Shown: positions 18,821 to 27,641, numbered from the stretch's first letter. The stretch is 64,000 nt of DNA from Planctomycetota bacterium (GCA_965223845.1 CBDCXR010000004.1:192001-256000), one strand, 5' to 3'. Numbers and translations: made by a program. The notes: generated by a model from the letters alone, not told the origin.

Positions 18821-19797
18821 ACGCGCCGCCTCTCGCGGGCGAGCCGCTCCTCGTGATCACGGGGCCGACCGCGAGTGGCAAAGAGGCACTCTCCCTCGCG
18901 CTCGCGCGCCGTTTGGGCGGCGAGATCATCTCGATGGACTCGATGAAGATCTATCGCGATCTCGACATCCTCACGGCGAAACCCACGGCGGAGGATCTCG
19001 AGCGCGTACCGCACCATCTGATCGACAGCGTCGATCCCGCCGAGGACTTCAGCGTCGGCGTCTACCTCGGTCGACTGGAGCGGGCGATCAGCGACGTGCG
19101 CGCTCGGGGTCGTCAAGCCATCGTGAGTGGTGGAACGGCCCTCTATCTGAAGGCGTTTCTCTACGGACTCGTCGAGACTCCGAGCCCGGATTGGGAGCTC
19201 CGGCGGCAGCTGGCCGAGCGGGCAGAGCGAGAGGGGCTCGCGGTTCTCCACGCGGAGCTCGAGCGACTCGATCCGCGCGCGGCGGAAAAGATCTCCGCCG
19301 GCGACGAGCGCCGCATCGTCCGGGCGCTCGAGGTCTGCCGGAAGACCGGCCGGGCGGCGAGCGACGATTGGACCTGGCCGGGCGCCGATCCGATTGCGCG
19401 GCCGTATCCGGTCCTCGTCTTCGCCGTCGAGTGGTGCCGCAAGGACCTCTATTCCCGGATCGACGCGCGGGTCGAGCGCATGGTGGAACGCGGTCTCTTT
19501 AACGAACTTTCGCGCCTAGCCGAGCGCGATCCACCGCCCGGCCGCACCGCGAGCCAGTCGATCGGATACAAGGAGTTCGTCCTCGGCCGAAGCGAAGCTT
19601 GGTCGGAGGACGAGATCACGGCGCGGATCCAACAACAGAGCCGCCGGCTTGCGAAGCACCAGTTGACGTGGTTTCGCAAGTTCGCGATCGATTGGATCCC
19701 GAGCGACGACGCGAACCCCGAGGCGTGGGCCGACGAGGTGCTGCGCCGCGCTCGAGAGAGGACGGCGTCCGAGTCCGGACGACCGGAGACTCGTTAG
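18817..19797 (+). CDS. miaA: tRNA dimethylallyltransferase
   Basis: ITGPTASGK, EIISMDSMKIYRDLDILTAKP, GGTALY, RRIVRALEV, AKHQLTWF; GTGA overlap with upstream stop. Confidence 0.96.
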   Translation: MNAPPLAGEPLLVITGPTASGKEALSLALARRLGGEIISMDSMKIYRDLDILTAKPTAEDLERVPHHLIDSVDPAEDFSVGVYLGRLERAISDVRARGRQAIVSGGTALYLKAFLYGLVETPSPDWELRRQLAERAEREGLAVLHAELERLDPRAAEKISAGDERRIVRALEVCRKTGRAASDDWTWPGADPIARPYPVLVFAVEWCRKDLYSRIDARVERMVERGLFNELSRLAERDPPPGRTASQSIGYKEFVLGRSEAWSEDEITARIQQQSRRLAKHQLTWFRKFAIDWIPSDDANPEAWADEVLRRARERTASESGRPETR

Positions 19798-20018
19798 TAC
19801 GGTCCCGAGTCGAACTGGTCGTGCATGTCCTTGTAGTAGTCGACGCCGAAGAACGTGTCTTGCACGTCGGCGTAGAACCAGCCCGCTTCGTCCACGATAC
19901 GGCCGATGTTGCAGAACTTGAACGCCGGCGGGGTGCGACCGACGCTGTCGCAGCGGCAGCAGCCGGCGAAGATCATGCACGTAAAGAGAAGCGCGACGGC
20001 GAGAGTGCGCGGAAGCAT
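19794..20018 (-). CDS. Small lipoprotein (74 aa)
   Basis: SD GGAGGA 4 nt before ATG; signal peptide with lipobox FAG-C; mature part CCRCDSVGRTPPAFKFCNIGRIVDEAGWFYADVQDTFFGVDYY... Confidence 0.75.
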   Translation of the reverse strand: MLPRTLAVALLFTCMIFAGCCRCDSVGRTPPAFKFCNIGRIVDEAGWFYADVQDTFFGVDYYKDMHDQFDSGPY

Positions 20019-20067
20019 GGTGTTCCTCCGTGGGTGGCGAGCATTCATTCCCCAACGTGTCCAACGA

Positions 20068-20106
20068 AGGCTAACATCGACTGGACTCGCGGCAACTTCC
20101 GGCAAC
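20068..20106 (-). promoter_or_regulatory. Promoter candidate with tandem 7-bp repeats for the 74-aa lipoprotein
   Basis: Minus strand TTGCCG-16 nt-(TG)TAGCCT; CGGCAAC repeated at 20090 and 20100 (10-bp period). Confidence 0.4.
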
Positions 20107-20266
20107 GTCGGCTGCCGACGGTTGAGTTCGAAACCGTTTTTTTGCGGGGAGAGAGACTCTCTTACTTCGACTCGAACACCGGTCCGGCATGAGTCGCGTC
20201 CGGCGGTGCGACCGAAAAGGACACGGAGCGGGCCGTAGTCCGGAGCGAACCGCGGAGCGACTTCCC

Positions 20267-20313
20267 AAAAAAGAAACACCGGCGACGAAAGCTCGCGCTT
20301 CCGTCGCCGGTGT
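20267..20313 (-). terminator. Rho-independent terminator after the 69-aa lipoprotein
   Basis: Stem ACACCGGCGACGAAAGC/GCTTCCGTCGCCGGTGT, 4-nt loop, followed on the minus strand by TTCTTTTTT. Confidence 0.8.
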
Positions 20314-20383
20314 CTCAAGCGATCCGCGATACCGAAAACGTTTCAGAATGGGCGCAACGCGCTCGAGTGAAACCGTTCTGAAA

Positions 20384-20593
20384 CTAGTACTCGGCTTCGA
20401 TCGGATACTCTTCCATATCGAAGAAGATCCGGTCGATCGCCATGTGGAGCTCGTGGAATCCGTTCGCGATCGACTTCAGGCGGCGCTTGTTGTGGTGCCA
20501 ACTGTAGATGACCGGCTCGGTCGTCGAGCAGCCCGCGTTGAACGGTACGAACATGGCCAGCAGGGCGGCGATGATAAGGCCCTTCTTCAGCAT
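20384..20593 (-). CDS. Small lipoprotein (69 aa)
   Basis: SD GGGAGGA; MLKKGLIIAALLAMFVPFNAG-C lipobox; mature CSTTEPVIYSWHHNKRRLKSIANGFHELHMAIDRIFFDMEEYPIEAEY. Confidence 0.8.
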   Translation of the reverse strand: MLKKGLIIAALLAMFVPFNAGCSTTEPVIYSWHHNKRRLKSIANGFHELHMAIDRIFFDMEEYPIEAEY

Positions 20594-20842
20594 GGAATCC
20601 TCCCGGGATGCTCTACCGGTGCCAACGTGACGAGCGGCCGGCGAAGAGCAGGGTTTCGAACTGAGGTGGGTGAAGAGGAAAGCGAACCGCGAGAAGCCCT
20701 CCGCGGACTCGACAGCGGCGTCGCGCTGAGGAGCGAACTGCGCTCGAGGACGAAACGTGGAATCAAACCGCGGAATGCAGTCGGCGGGAGCTTCTCTCGG
20801 CTGCGTCCGAGGGGGGACGCAGTTTTCTCTCCGAGGTTCGCT

Positions 20843-20872
20843 ATTGTAGGGGTCCGGTAAACCGGAAGTCAA
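20843..20872 (-). promoter_or_regulatory. sigma70-like promoter with a dyad in the spacer
   Basis: Minus strand TTGACT-18 nt-TACAAT; palindrome TCCGGT-AA-ACCGGA at 20853-20866. Confidence 0.65.
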
Positions 20873-21175
20873 CGTCCGCAGTGGCGCCGCCGGAGCCGCC
20901 CGGGGGCGCGGTTTCGGGGCATTCGACTAACTTCGGCCTGGGTCCGACGGGATCCGCCACCTGTACGGCCGACGCGCGGGTTTCGTTCGGTTGTGCTCCG
21001 ATCCCGGGAGTCCGGACTTGAGACTCGGGCCGCGATCATTATCTTTGGAGGGTCCCTCTGAGCCGAAGGCGACGGTTTCTGCCGCTGGGCGACTCGGAAT
21101 TCGGGTCCGATCCGCGCCGCTCGGCGCTCGGTGCGACGCCGTAGGTACTGGTGAGACAAGGAATTTCGACGGTTC

Positions 21176-23332
21176 ATGGCCAGCTCTAGGAAGCGGACCT
21201 CCAGCAAGCGCGCCGAGGCGGTGACGACGGCGCGGTCGTCCGGACCGCGGGCGGTCCGCGTGCGCGGCTACCCCGGGTCGATCCCGCGGCAGCTCGCGGC
21301 GCGGCTGAATCGCCTCCGACTTCGTCCCGAAGAGCTCGCGTGGCGGTGCAGTCCGAAGGTCTTCGACTTCCGCAACACCCGTGAGGTTTCGCCCCTCCGT
21401 GGCTTCTTCGGCCAGGAGCAGGCGCTGAAGAGTCTCCGCACCGGCCTCGCGATGGCGGGACCGGGGTACAACCTGTACGTCTGCGGACTCGCAGGCGCCG
21501 AGTCGACCGCCGAGCTCGTCGACTATATCCGGCGGCAGCGCGGCGGCACGACGCCTCCCCCCGACCGCTGCTACGTCCAGAATTTTCGCGATCCGCTCCG
21601 GCCGCGGCTCCTCACTCTTCCGCCCGGCCGCGGGGCGAAGCTGCGGGCGTCGATTCGTCGGCTCGTCTCGGATCTTCACCGCGGGCTCGAGTCGAAGGAC
21701 GAGCGCAAGCGGCGCTCGATCGCGCGCGAAATCATCCGTCCGGCCATGGACGAGCTCCTCGCGGAGTTTCCCGATCGCGAAGTCACCTCGTACCTCCGCG
21801 ACTGGCAGCGGAACCTTCTCGCCAACATCCACGACGCCGTGATCGACGACTTCGACGTCAACCTGCTCGAGCGGCCGTCGCGCGGCGCGGTCGTCTTCGA
21901 GCCGACCCCGACGGCCGCGCGCCTGTTCGGGTGGATCGGCCGGCGTCCGACGGCGGGAGACGGCGGGTCGGCGTACCACTTCATGGAGATTCACGGCGGC
22001 TCGCTTCTCGCGGCCGACGGCGGAGTGCTCGTCGTCAACGTCGCCGACTTTCAACCGACGAGCTCCGTGTGGGCGGGACTGAAGAGTACGCTCAAGTACG
22101 GTCAGCTGTCGTTCGAGGACGCCGAAGGCGGCGGCGCGGCGCGGAGCGGTGGACTCCATCCCGATCCGATTCCGCTCTCGACGAAGGTCGTGATGATCGG
22201 CGACTACTCGCTCTACGACTACCTCTTCGAGTGCGAGTCCGACTTTCGCGACATCTTCAAGTTTCGCGTCGACTTCGACACCGAGGTCCCGCTGACCGCA
22301 AGGGTGATCAAGCGGCACTATCCCGCGTTCATCGCGCGGACCTGCGCGGAGAATGATCTCCGGCCGGTCTCGGCGGAAGGGGTCGCGCGCACGCTCGAGT
22401 TCGGGGTGCGGCGGGCGGGACGCCAGAGCAAAGTGACGACCCAGCCGTGGGTGATCGCGGATCTTCTCCGCGAGGCGAACTACTGGGCGGGACTCGAGCG
22501 TCGCCGGGTGATCCAAGGGCCGGACATCGATCGCGCCGTGCGGGAGGCGGTTCTTCGCCTGAACCTCGTCGAGACGAAGATTTCCGAGATGATCAACGAG
22601 GGGACGATCCTGATCACGACGTCGGGTTTTCGCGTCGGTCAGGTGAACGGCCTCGCGATCTACGACATGGGGGACTACCTCTTTGCCAAACCGTCGCGCA
22701 TCACGGCGGAGACCTCGGTCGGTCAGAGCGGAATCATCAACATCGAGCGCGAAGCGGGCTTCAGCGGACGCAGCCACGACAAGGGCGTCCACATCCTCGC
22801 GGGGTACCTCCGCTCGCGTTTTGCGCAGAAGCGACCGCTCAGTCTCACCGCGAGTGTGTGCTTCGAGCAATCGTACTCAGGGATCGACGGTGACAGTGCG
22901 TCCGCGACCGAGATCTGCGCGATCCTCTCGAGCCTCTCCGGCGCCCCGATCCGGCAGGACGTGGCCGTGACGGGCTCGCTCAATCAAAAGGGTGACGTCC
23001 AGCCGATCGGCGGTGTGAACGAGAAGATCGAAGGCTTCTACGACTGCGTGTGCGCGCTCGGTCGTCCGCGTGGCACCGAGGGCGTCATCGTGCCGCGGAA
23101 GAACGCGCGCGAGCTAGCGCTTCGTGACGATGTCGTCCGGGCGGTGGCGAGGGGTCGCTTCCACGTCTACGCGGTCGAGACGATCGACGAAGCCGTCGAG
23201 ATCTTGACGGGAATCGCATCCGGCCGCAAGCGGCGCGACGGATCCCACACCCCCGAGAGCGTCTTCGACCGGGCGGACCGGCGGCTCGAGGAGATCGCGC
23301 AGGGGCTGCGGCGGTACTCCGACGGCGACTGA
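21176..23332 (+). CDS. Lon-like (LonC/AAA_32-type) S16 protease
   Basis: FFGQEQAL, GSLLAADGGVL, VGQVNGLA, FEQSYSGIDGDSAS (catalytic Ser), PIGGVNEKIEGF (catalytic Lys); Walker A degenerate (GLAGAES). Confidence 0.9.
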   Translation: MASSRKRTSSKRAEAVTTARSSGPRAVRVRGYPGSIPRQLAARLNRLRLRPEELAWRCSPKVFDFRNTREVSPLRGFFGQEQALKSLRTGLAMAGPGYNLYVCGLAGAESTAELVDYIRRQRGGTTPPPDRCYVQNFRDPLRPRLLTLPPGRGAKLRASIRRLVSDLHRGLESKDERKRRSIAREIIRPAMDELLAEFPDREVTSYLRDWQRNLLANIHDAVIDDFDVNLLERPSRGAVVFEPTPTAARLFGWIGRRPTAGDGGSAYHFMEIHGGSLLAADGGVLVVNVADFQPTSSVWAGLKSTLKYGQLSFEDAEGGGAARSGGLHPDPIPLSTKVVMIGDYSLYDYLFECESDFRDIFKFRVDFDTEVPLTARVIKRHYPAFIARTCAENDLRPVSAEGVARTLEFGVRRAGRQSKVTTQPWVIADLLREANYWAGLERRRVIQGPDIDRAVREAVLRLNLVETKISEMINEGTILITTSGFRVGQVNGLAIYDMGDYLFAKPSRITAETSVGQSGIINIEREAGFSGRSHDKGVHILAGYLRSRFAQKRPLSLTASVCFEQSYSGIDGDSASATEICAILSSLSGAPIRQDVAVTGSLNQKGDVQPIGGVNEKIEGFYDCVCALGRPRGTEGVIVPRKNARELALRDDVVRAVARGRFHVYAVETIDEAVEILTGIASGRKRRDGSHTPESVFDRADRRLEEIAQGLRRYSDGD

Positions 23333-23404
23333 TTCGCGGGAGCAGTGAGGACCGGGACCCGGACCCGGATCGGGATCGGGACCGGGGCGAGTGACGGAAC
23401 GACC

Positions 23405-24442
23405 TTGGCGACTCGGCGTAGACGCGAGTTTCAGTGGATCGACGCGCTCCGGCGCGACGCGTCTCCACTCGATGCGAGACGTTTCCCCGTCGGCATCGGC
23501 GACGACGCCGCGGTCTGGCGGCCGCGAACGAAGCGCGACGTCGTCCTCACGGTGGACGCGCAGGTCGAGAACGTTCACTACCGGGCGGCGTGGCTCCGCC
23601 CGCGGGAGCTCGGGCGACGTGCCGCGATGGCGAGCCTCAGCGATCTCGCGGCGATGGGAGCGGATCCGGTTTGTCTTCTCGTCTCCGTCGTTCTTCCGCC
23701 GGACGCGTCGAGCGCGTCTTTTCGTTCGCTCCAGCGGGGCATCGTCGACGGGGCGACCGAGGTCGGCGCCGAAGTGGTCGGAGGGAACATCAGCGCCGGA
23801 CCGGGCTCGATTCACACGACGGCGATCGGGGAGGTCTCGCCGGGGCGTTCGCTGCGCCGCGCCGGGGCGCGGGTGGGGGATGCGATCTGGGTTAGCGGTA
23901 GTCCCGGACTCGCGCGCGTCGGACGAGAGCTCCTCGGCGGCGAGCGGAAACGAGCGCGGGGTCGAGCCCCGCGGTCGCGCGCGCAGCAAGCGGCCCGAAG
24001 TGCGTTTCGGGCTCCGGTCGCCCGCATCGAGCTCGGCAAGGCCCTCGTCCGAGGCGGCTCCGCGAGGGCGGCGATCGATCTGAGCGACGGGCTCGCGAGC
24101 GACCTCGCGCACATTCTCCGGGAGAGCTCGCGGCGCGGCGGCGAGCTGGGAGCGACCCTCGAGCGAGCGGCGCTGACCGCGGTTCCGCATCTCGAGGCCG
24201 CGGCCGCGGCGGCGGAGATCGACCCCGTCGCGGCGTCTCTCTACGGCGGTGAGGACTACGAGCTTCTCTGGGTGGCGCCGGCTCCCGGCGACGGCGGGAA
24301 GTGGACGCGTCTCGGCCGTCGGCTCGGCCTCCCGCTCTCGCGCATTGGGACGGTGGACCGCGCCCCCGGACTCCGCCTCGCCGATGACGCGGGCGACGTC
24401 ACCCCGATCGACCCCGAGGGCGGCTGGGATCACGGCGCGTGA
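23405..24442 (+). CDS. thiL: Thiamine-phosphate kinase
   Basis: EFQWI, GIGDDAAV, SLSDLAAMGA, VVGGNIS, AAIDLSDGL, GGEDYELL; start TTG 23405 or GTG 23345. Confidence 0.93.
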   Translation: MATRRRREFQWIDALRRDASPLDARRFPVGIGDDAAVWRPRTKRDVVLTVDAQVENVHYRAAWLRPRELGRRAAMASLSDLAAMGADPVCLLVSVVLPPDASSASFRSLQRGIVDGATEVGAEVVGGNISAGPGSIHTTAIGEVSPGRSLRRAGARVGDAIWVSGSPGLARVGRELLGGERKRARGRAPRSRAQQAARSAFRAPVARIELGKALVRGGSARAAIDLSDGLASDLAHILRESSRRGGELGATLERAALTAVPHLEAAAAAAEIDPVAASLYGGEDYELLWVAPAPGDGGKWTRLGRRLGLPLSRIGTVDRAPGLRLADDAGDVTPIDPEGGWDHGA

Positions 24443-24495
24443 CCGCTGACGGTTCTACTGTCGCGATCCGCGCGCACGCGCCGCCAAACTCGAGG

Positions 24496-24525
24496 TTGAC
24501 GATCGTTCGGGAGCGCTCTTATCTT
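24496..24525 (+). promoter_or_regulatory. sigma70-like promoter of parA
   Basis: TTGACG-18 nt-TATCTT. Confidence 0.5.
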
Positions 24526-24607
24526 CACCGCCGTCCGCGCCGCGCTCGCCCGGGGATTCCTCGGTCCGCGATTCATTCGCCCGCGCGGACGGAGGGAGGA
24601 TGAGACT

Positions 24608-25387
24608 CTGCGCCGAATTGCGTTCATGAATCAGAAGGGTGGCGTCGGGAAGACGACGTGCGCGGTGAACTTGGCGGCGGCGCTCGCCGAACGCGACCGG
24701 CGGGTGCTCCTCGTCGATGTGGACGCGCAGGCGAACTTGAGCTTCCACCTCAACATTCCGGTACACGAGCTCGAGCACTCGATGTACACGCTCCTTCTCG
24801 GCCGCTCGACCGTCGAGCAGGCCATGCTGCGCGATCTCCGGCCGGGACTCTCGGTGATCCCGTCGAATATCGATCTCTCGGGTGCGGAGATCGAGCTCGT
24901 GCAGCAGGTCGGACGCGAGACGGTGCTCGATAACGCGCTCCGGGATCTCGAGAGCATCGCGCCGCACGATTACATCTTCTTCGACTGCCCGCCCTCGCTC
25001 GGCTTGCTTTCGCTGAACGCTCTCACCGCGGCGAACGAAGTGTTCATTCCGCTGCAAACGGAGTTCTTCGCTCTGCAGGGAATGACGCGGCTCATCGAGG
25101 TCGTCGACCTCATCCGCGATCGACTCGGGAAGCCGCTTGAGATCACTGGGATCATCCCCACACTCTACGATATGCGGACGAACCTCAGTCGCGAGGTGAT
25201 CGACGAGATCCGAGCGTACTTCGGCGGCAAGGTGTTCGAGACCGCGATCCACACGAACGTCAAGCTCGCCGAGGCCCCGAGTCATGGGGAGACGATTTTC
25301 GAGTATGCGCCGGAGTCCCGCGGAGCGCAGGACTTTCGGGCGCTCGCGCGCGAGGTCCTCGTGCGCGAGAACGCGCCAGCGCTCTAG
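24608..25387 (+). CDS. parA: ParA/Soj family ATPase (probable CTG start; first ATG at 24626)
   Basis: (L)RRIAFMNQKGGVGKTT, LLVDVDAQAN, DCPPSLGLL, PLQTEFFALQG, NVKLAEAPSHG. Confidence 0.93.
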   Translation: MRRIAFMNQKGGVGKTTCAVNLAAALAERDRRVLLVDVDAQANLSFHLNIPVHELEHSMYTLLLGRSTVEQAMLRDLRPGLSVIPSNIDLSGAEIELVQQVGRETVLDNALRDLESIAPHDYIFFDCPPSLGLLSLNALTAANEVFIPLQTEFFALQGMTRLIEVVDLIRDRLGKPLEITGIIPTLYDMRTNLSREVIDEIRAYFGGKVFETAIHTNVKLAEAPSHGETIFEYAPESRGAQDFRALAREVLVRENAPAL

Positions 25388-26651
25388 CCGGCGGCGTCTC
25401 GAGGTCGCGCTCGTCGCGGCGGCTTGGCTCGTGTGCGGTGGCCTTCGCTCGCAGGGAGAAGAAGACGCGACCGTCCCGCTCGCGACGCTTCTCGAAGAGG
25501 GCGAGCGTCACTACGCCGCGCGTCGCTACTCGCCTGCGATCCGGTCCTTCGAGGCCGCGCTCGATCAGGCGAAGGGCGAAGAGCGAGAGCACGTCGTCCG
25601 CACGCTCGCGCGGGTGCGGGGCGCCTTCGGGATGGAGCTTCTCGGAAGCGGGGAGCTCAAAGAGGCGGCGCGACTCTTTCGTCTTGCGCTCGACGGAGCA
25701 GACGACGCGTACGCGCTCTTCGGCTCCGCTTACTTGCGTTTCGTGCGGCTCGACGACGCGGCGGCGCGCGAGCTCCTCGAGCGCGCCCTCGCGCTCGAGC
25801 CGAAGTACGCCCGGGCGCACGTATTGCTCGCGCTCATCGAGTATCGCGCCGGTCGCACGCAAGCAGCGCTCGCGGGCATCGAGCGCGCGCTCGCGCTCGA
25901 TGCGACCGATCGCGAGGCGTCCGCGCTTAGGGAGCGCTGGACCCACGCGGTTCGCTACGAGGCGAAGCTGCGCGAGGAGCGGCGTGGACGTTTCGTCGTT
26001 CGCAGCCACCGCGAGCTGCCGGCGGCGAGTGTGAAACGCGTGACGTCGCTCTTCCTTCGCGCGCACAAGGAGCTCGCCGCGTCCCTTGCGACATGGCGAA
26101 CGACGGCGATCGTCGTCGTGCTCCTCCCGGAGGACGTGTTTCAAGAAGCGACGGGAAGTCGTCATTTCGTCGGCGGGACCTTCGACGGCCAGCTGAAGCT
26201 CCCGGTCCCGCGCGGGGCTCTCGGCAAGGCCGACATCGAGACACTCGACCGCTCGGTGCGCCACGAGCTCGCGCACGCGCTCGTTCGGCAAGTGCTGCCA
26301 GAATGTCCGGGTTGGCTGAACGAAGGACTGGCGCAGCACTTCGAAGGCGGTGGAGAGCGGGCCTTGAAGGCGCTCCGCGAGAAACTCGTCGCCGGAGCGG
26401 ATCAGTGGCTCGAGCTCGCGGCCGTGCCGCCCGAGCTGTGGCGAATCGAGGACGAAGGCGAAGTCCGCTGGATCTACGTCCTGAGCTTCGGTTTCGTCGA
26501 GTACCTCGTAGGCGAGTTCCAGGAGTATCGCCTGCGGCTCCTCCTCGACGCGATCCGCGATACGGGCTCGGTGGGACGGGCGTTTCGCGAGGTCTACGGA
26601 GCCGACCTCGGCGAGCTCGAGTCCCGCTGGCGGCGAACGCTGACGCCGTGA
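25305..26651 (+). CDS. Exported TPR protein with peptidase MA-like (gluzincin) domain
   Basis: Hydrophobic leader LEVALVAAAWLVC; TPR helices; HELAH and WLNEGLAQ zinc motifs; start uncertain. Confidence 0.8.
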   Translation: MRRSPAERRTFGRSRARSSCARTRQRSSRRRLEVALVAAAWLVCGGLRSQGEEDATVPLATLLEEGERHYAARRYSPAIRSFEAALDQAKGEEREHVVRTLARVRGAFGMELLGSGELKEAARLFRLALDGADDAYALFGSAYLRFVRLDDAAARELLERALALEPKYARAHVLLALIEYRAGRTQAALAGIERALALDATDREASALRERWTHAVRYEAKLREERRGRFVVRSHRELPAASVKRVTSLFLRAHKELAASLATWRTTAIVVVLLPEDVFQEATGSRHFVGGTFDGQLKLPVPRGALGKADIETLDRSVRHELAHALVRQVLPECPGWLNEGLAQHFEGGGERALKALREKLVAGADQWLELAAVPPELWRIEDEGEVRWIYVLSFGFVEYLVGEFQEYRLRLLLDAIRDTGSVGRAFREVYGADLGELESRWRRTLTP

Positions 26652-26679
26652 GTCGGATTCGCCGCGGCGGAGGGCTTCG

Positions 26680-26889
26680 TCACTCCGACGAGGCGGTCTC
26701 CGTCTCCTTCTCCTTCTCCGCGCTCTTCTTTCGCTTCGGGGGCTGTCGATCCGAGACTTGGCGGTAGCCGAGCTCCTTGACGATCTTGAGCACTTCGGAC
26801 CAGGAGAGGAACGTCTTGCTGTTCTCCGCCTTGTACTTCTCGATCGCTTTGATGAACTGGAATTCTTCGGATGACAGTGTGTTGAGCAC
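26680..26889 (-). CDS. Small conserved hypothetical protein (planctomycete-type EF..A...YK.....F..WSEVL......LGY motif)
   Basis: SD AAGGAGG upstream of GTG; EEFQFIKAIEKYKAENSKTFLSWSEVLKIVKELGYR plus basic tail. Confidence 0.75.
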   Translation of the reverse strand: MLNTLSSEEFQFIKAIEKYKAENSKTFLSWSEVLKIVKELGYRQVSDRQPPKRKKSAEKEKETETASSE

Positions 26890-27124
26890 GGCGGTGAGAC
26901 CCTCCTTGGGACCGGCTTTCTCCTTCGCTGGCGCCCCCTGCGGGAAGTATCGGTGGCCGGCTGCGTTCGGCTTGAAATCGCGCGGTTACCGCCCGACCAG
27001 CTCGGAATCACCGTACGGCACCCGAAACTGAACATTTGGGCCGGCTACGAGTCCTCGACCGGCCGGAATTCTTCTTAAGTGGCGGCTTTGTAGGTGGTTA
27101 CCAGAATCTTCGCGCATTCTCGCC

Positions 27125-27153
27125 TTGTCACGGCGGTCGGATTGCGATACCTT
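27125..27153 (+). promoter_or_regulatory. sigma70-like promoter of HU/IHF gene
   Basis: TTGTCA-17 nt-TACCTT in an AT-rich divergent intergenic region. Confidence 0.5.
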
Positions 27154-27293
27154 TTGCTTGAGACGTAAATAGAAAGCCAGTAAAGGTATAGGGGCACGGA
27201 GAGGGGAGGTCGTCCCGGCGATCACCGCTCTCGCAGACGAGAGCGAACTCGGCCGAGTTCGACAGGATTCCGGCACCCGCCGAGGAGGCTCGG

Positions 27294-27641
27294 TTGGAAA
27301 CGATCACGAAGCGCGAGTTGGTTCAGCGAATCGCGGAGAAGACCGGCGTTCAGCAGGTCAGCGCGAAGGACGTCATCCAGAGCTTTCTCGACGAGATCAT
27401 CAACGAGCTCGCCAAAGGTAACCGTCTGGAGTTTCGAGACTTCGGAGTCTTCGAGCCGAAGACGAAGGCGCAGAGAATCGCGCGGAATCCCCGGACGGGT
27501 GCGAAGGTTCCCGTTCCCGAGAAGACGACCGTGAAGTTCAAGGTCGGTCGTCTCATGAAGAAGCGGATTCAAAGCGAAGAGGACGAGGCTCCGACGCCCG
27601 TCGCCGGGGAAGCGCCGCCGGCGGATTCGCCGACGTCGTAA
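27294..27641 (+). CDS. HU/IHF family DNA-binding protein
   Basis: TKRELVQRIAEK, LEFRDFGVFE, ARNPRTG..V.VP....VKFKVGR; SD GAGGAGG before TTG. Confidence 0.95.
   Translation: METITKRELVQRIAEKTGVQQVSAKDVIQSFLDEIINELAKGNRLEFRDFGVFEPKTKAQRIARNPRTGAKVPVPEKTTVKFKVGRLMKKRIQSEEDEAPTPVAGEAPPADSPTS

Noticed and set aside
23351-23387. Short 6-bp-period repeat (ACCGGG/ACCCGG/ATCGGG) between the Lon-like gene and thiL
   Set aside because: It is too short and degenerate; probably a microsatellite or weak hairpin upstream of the likely thiL start.
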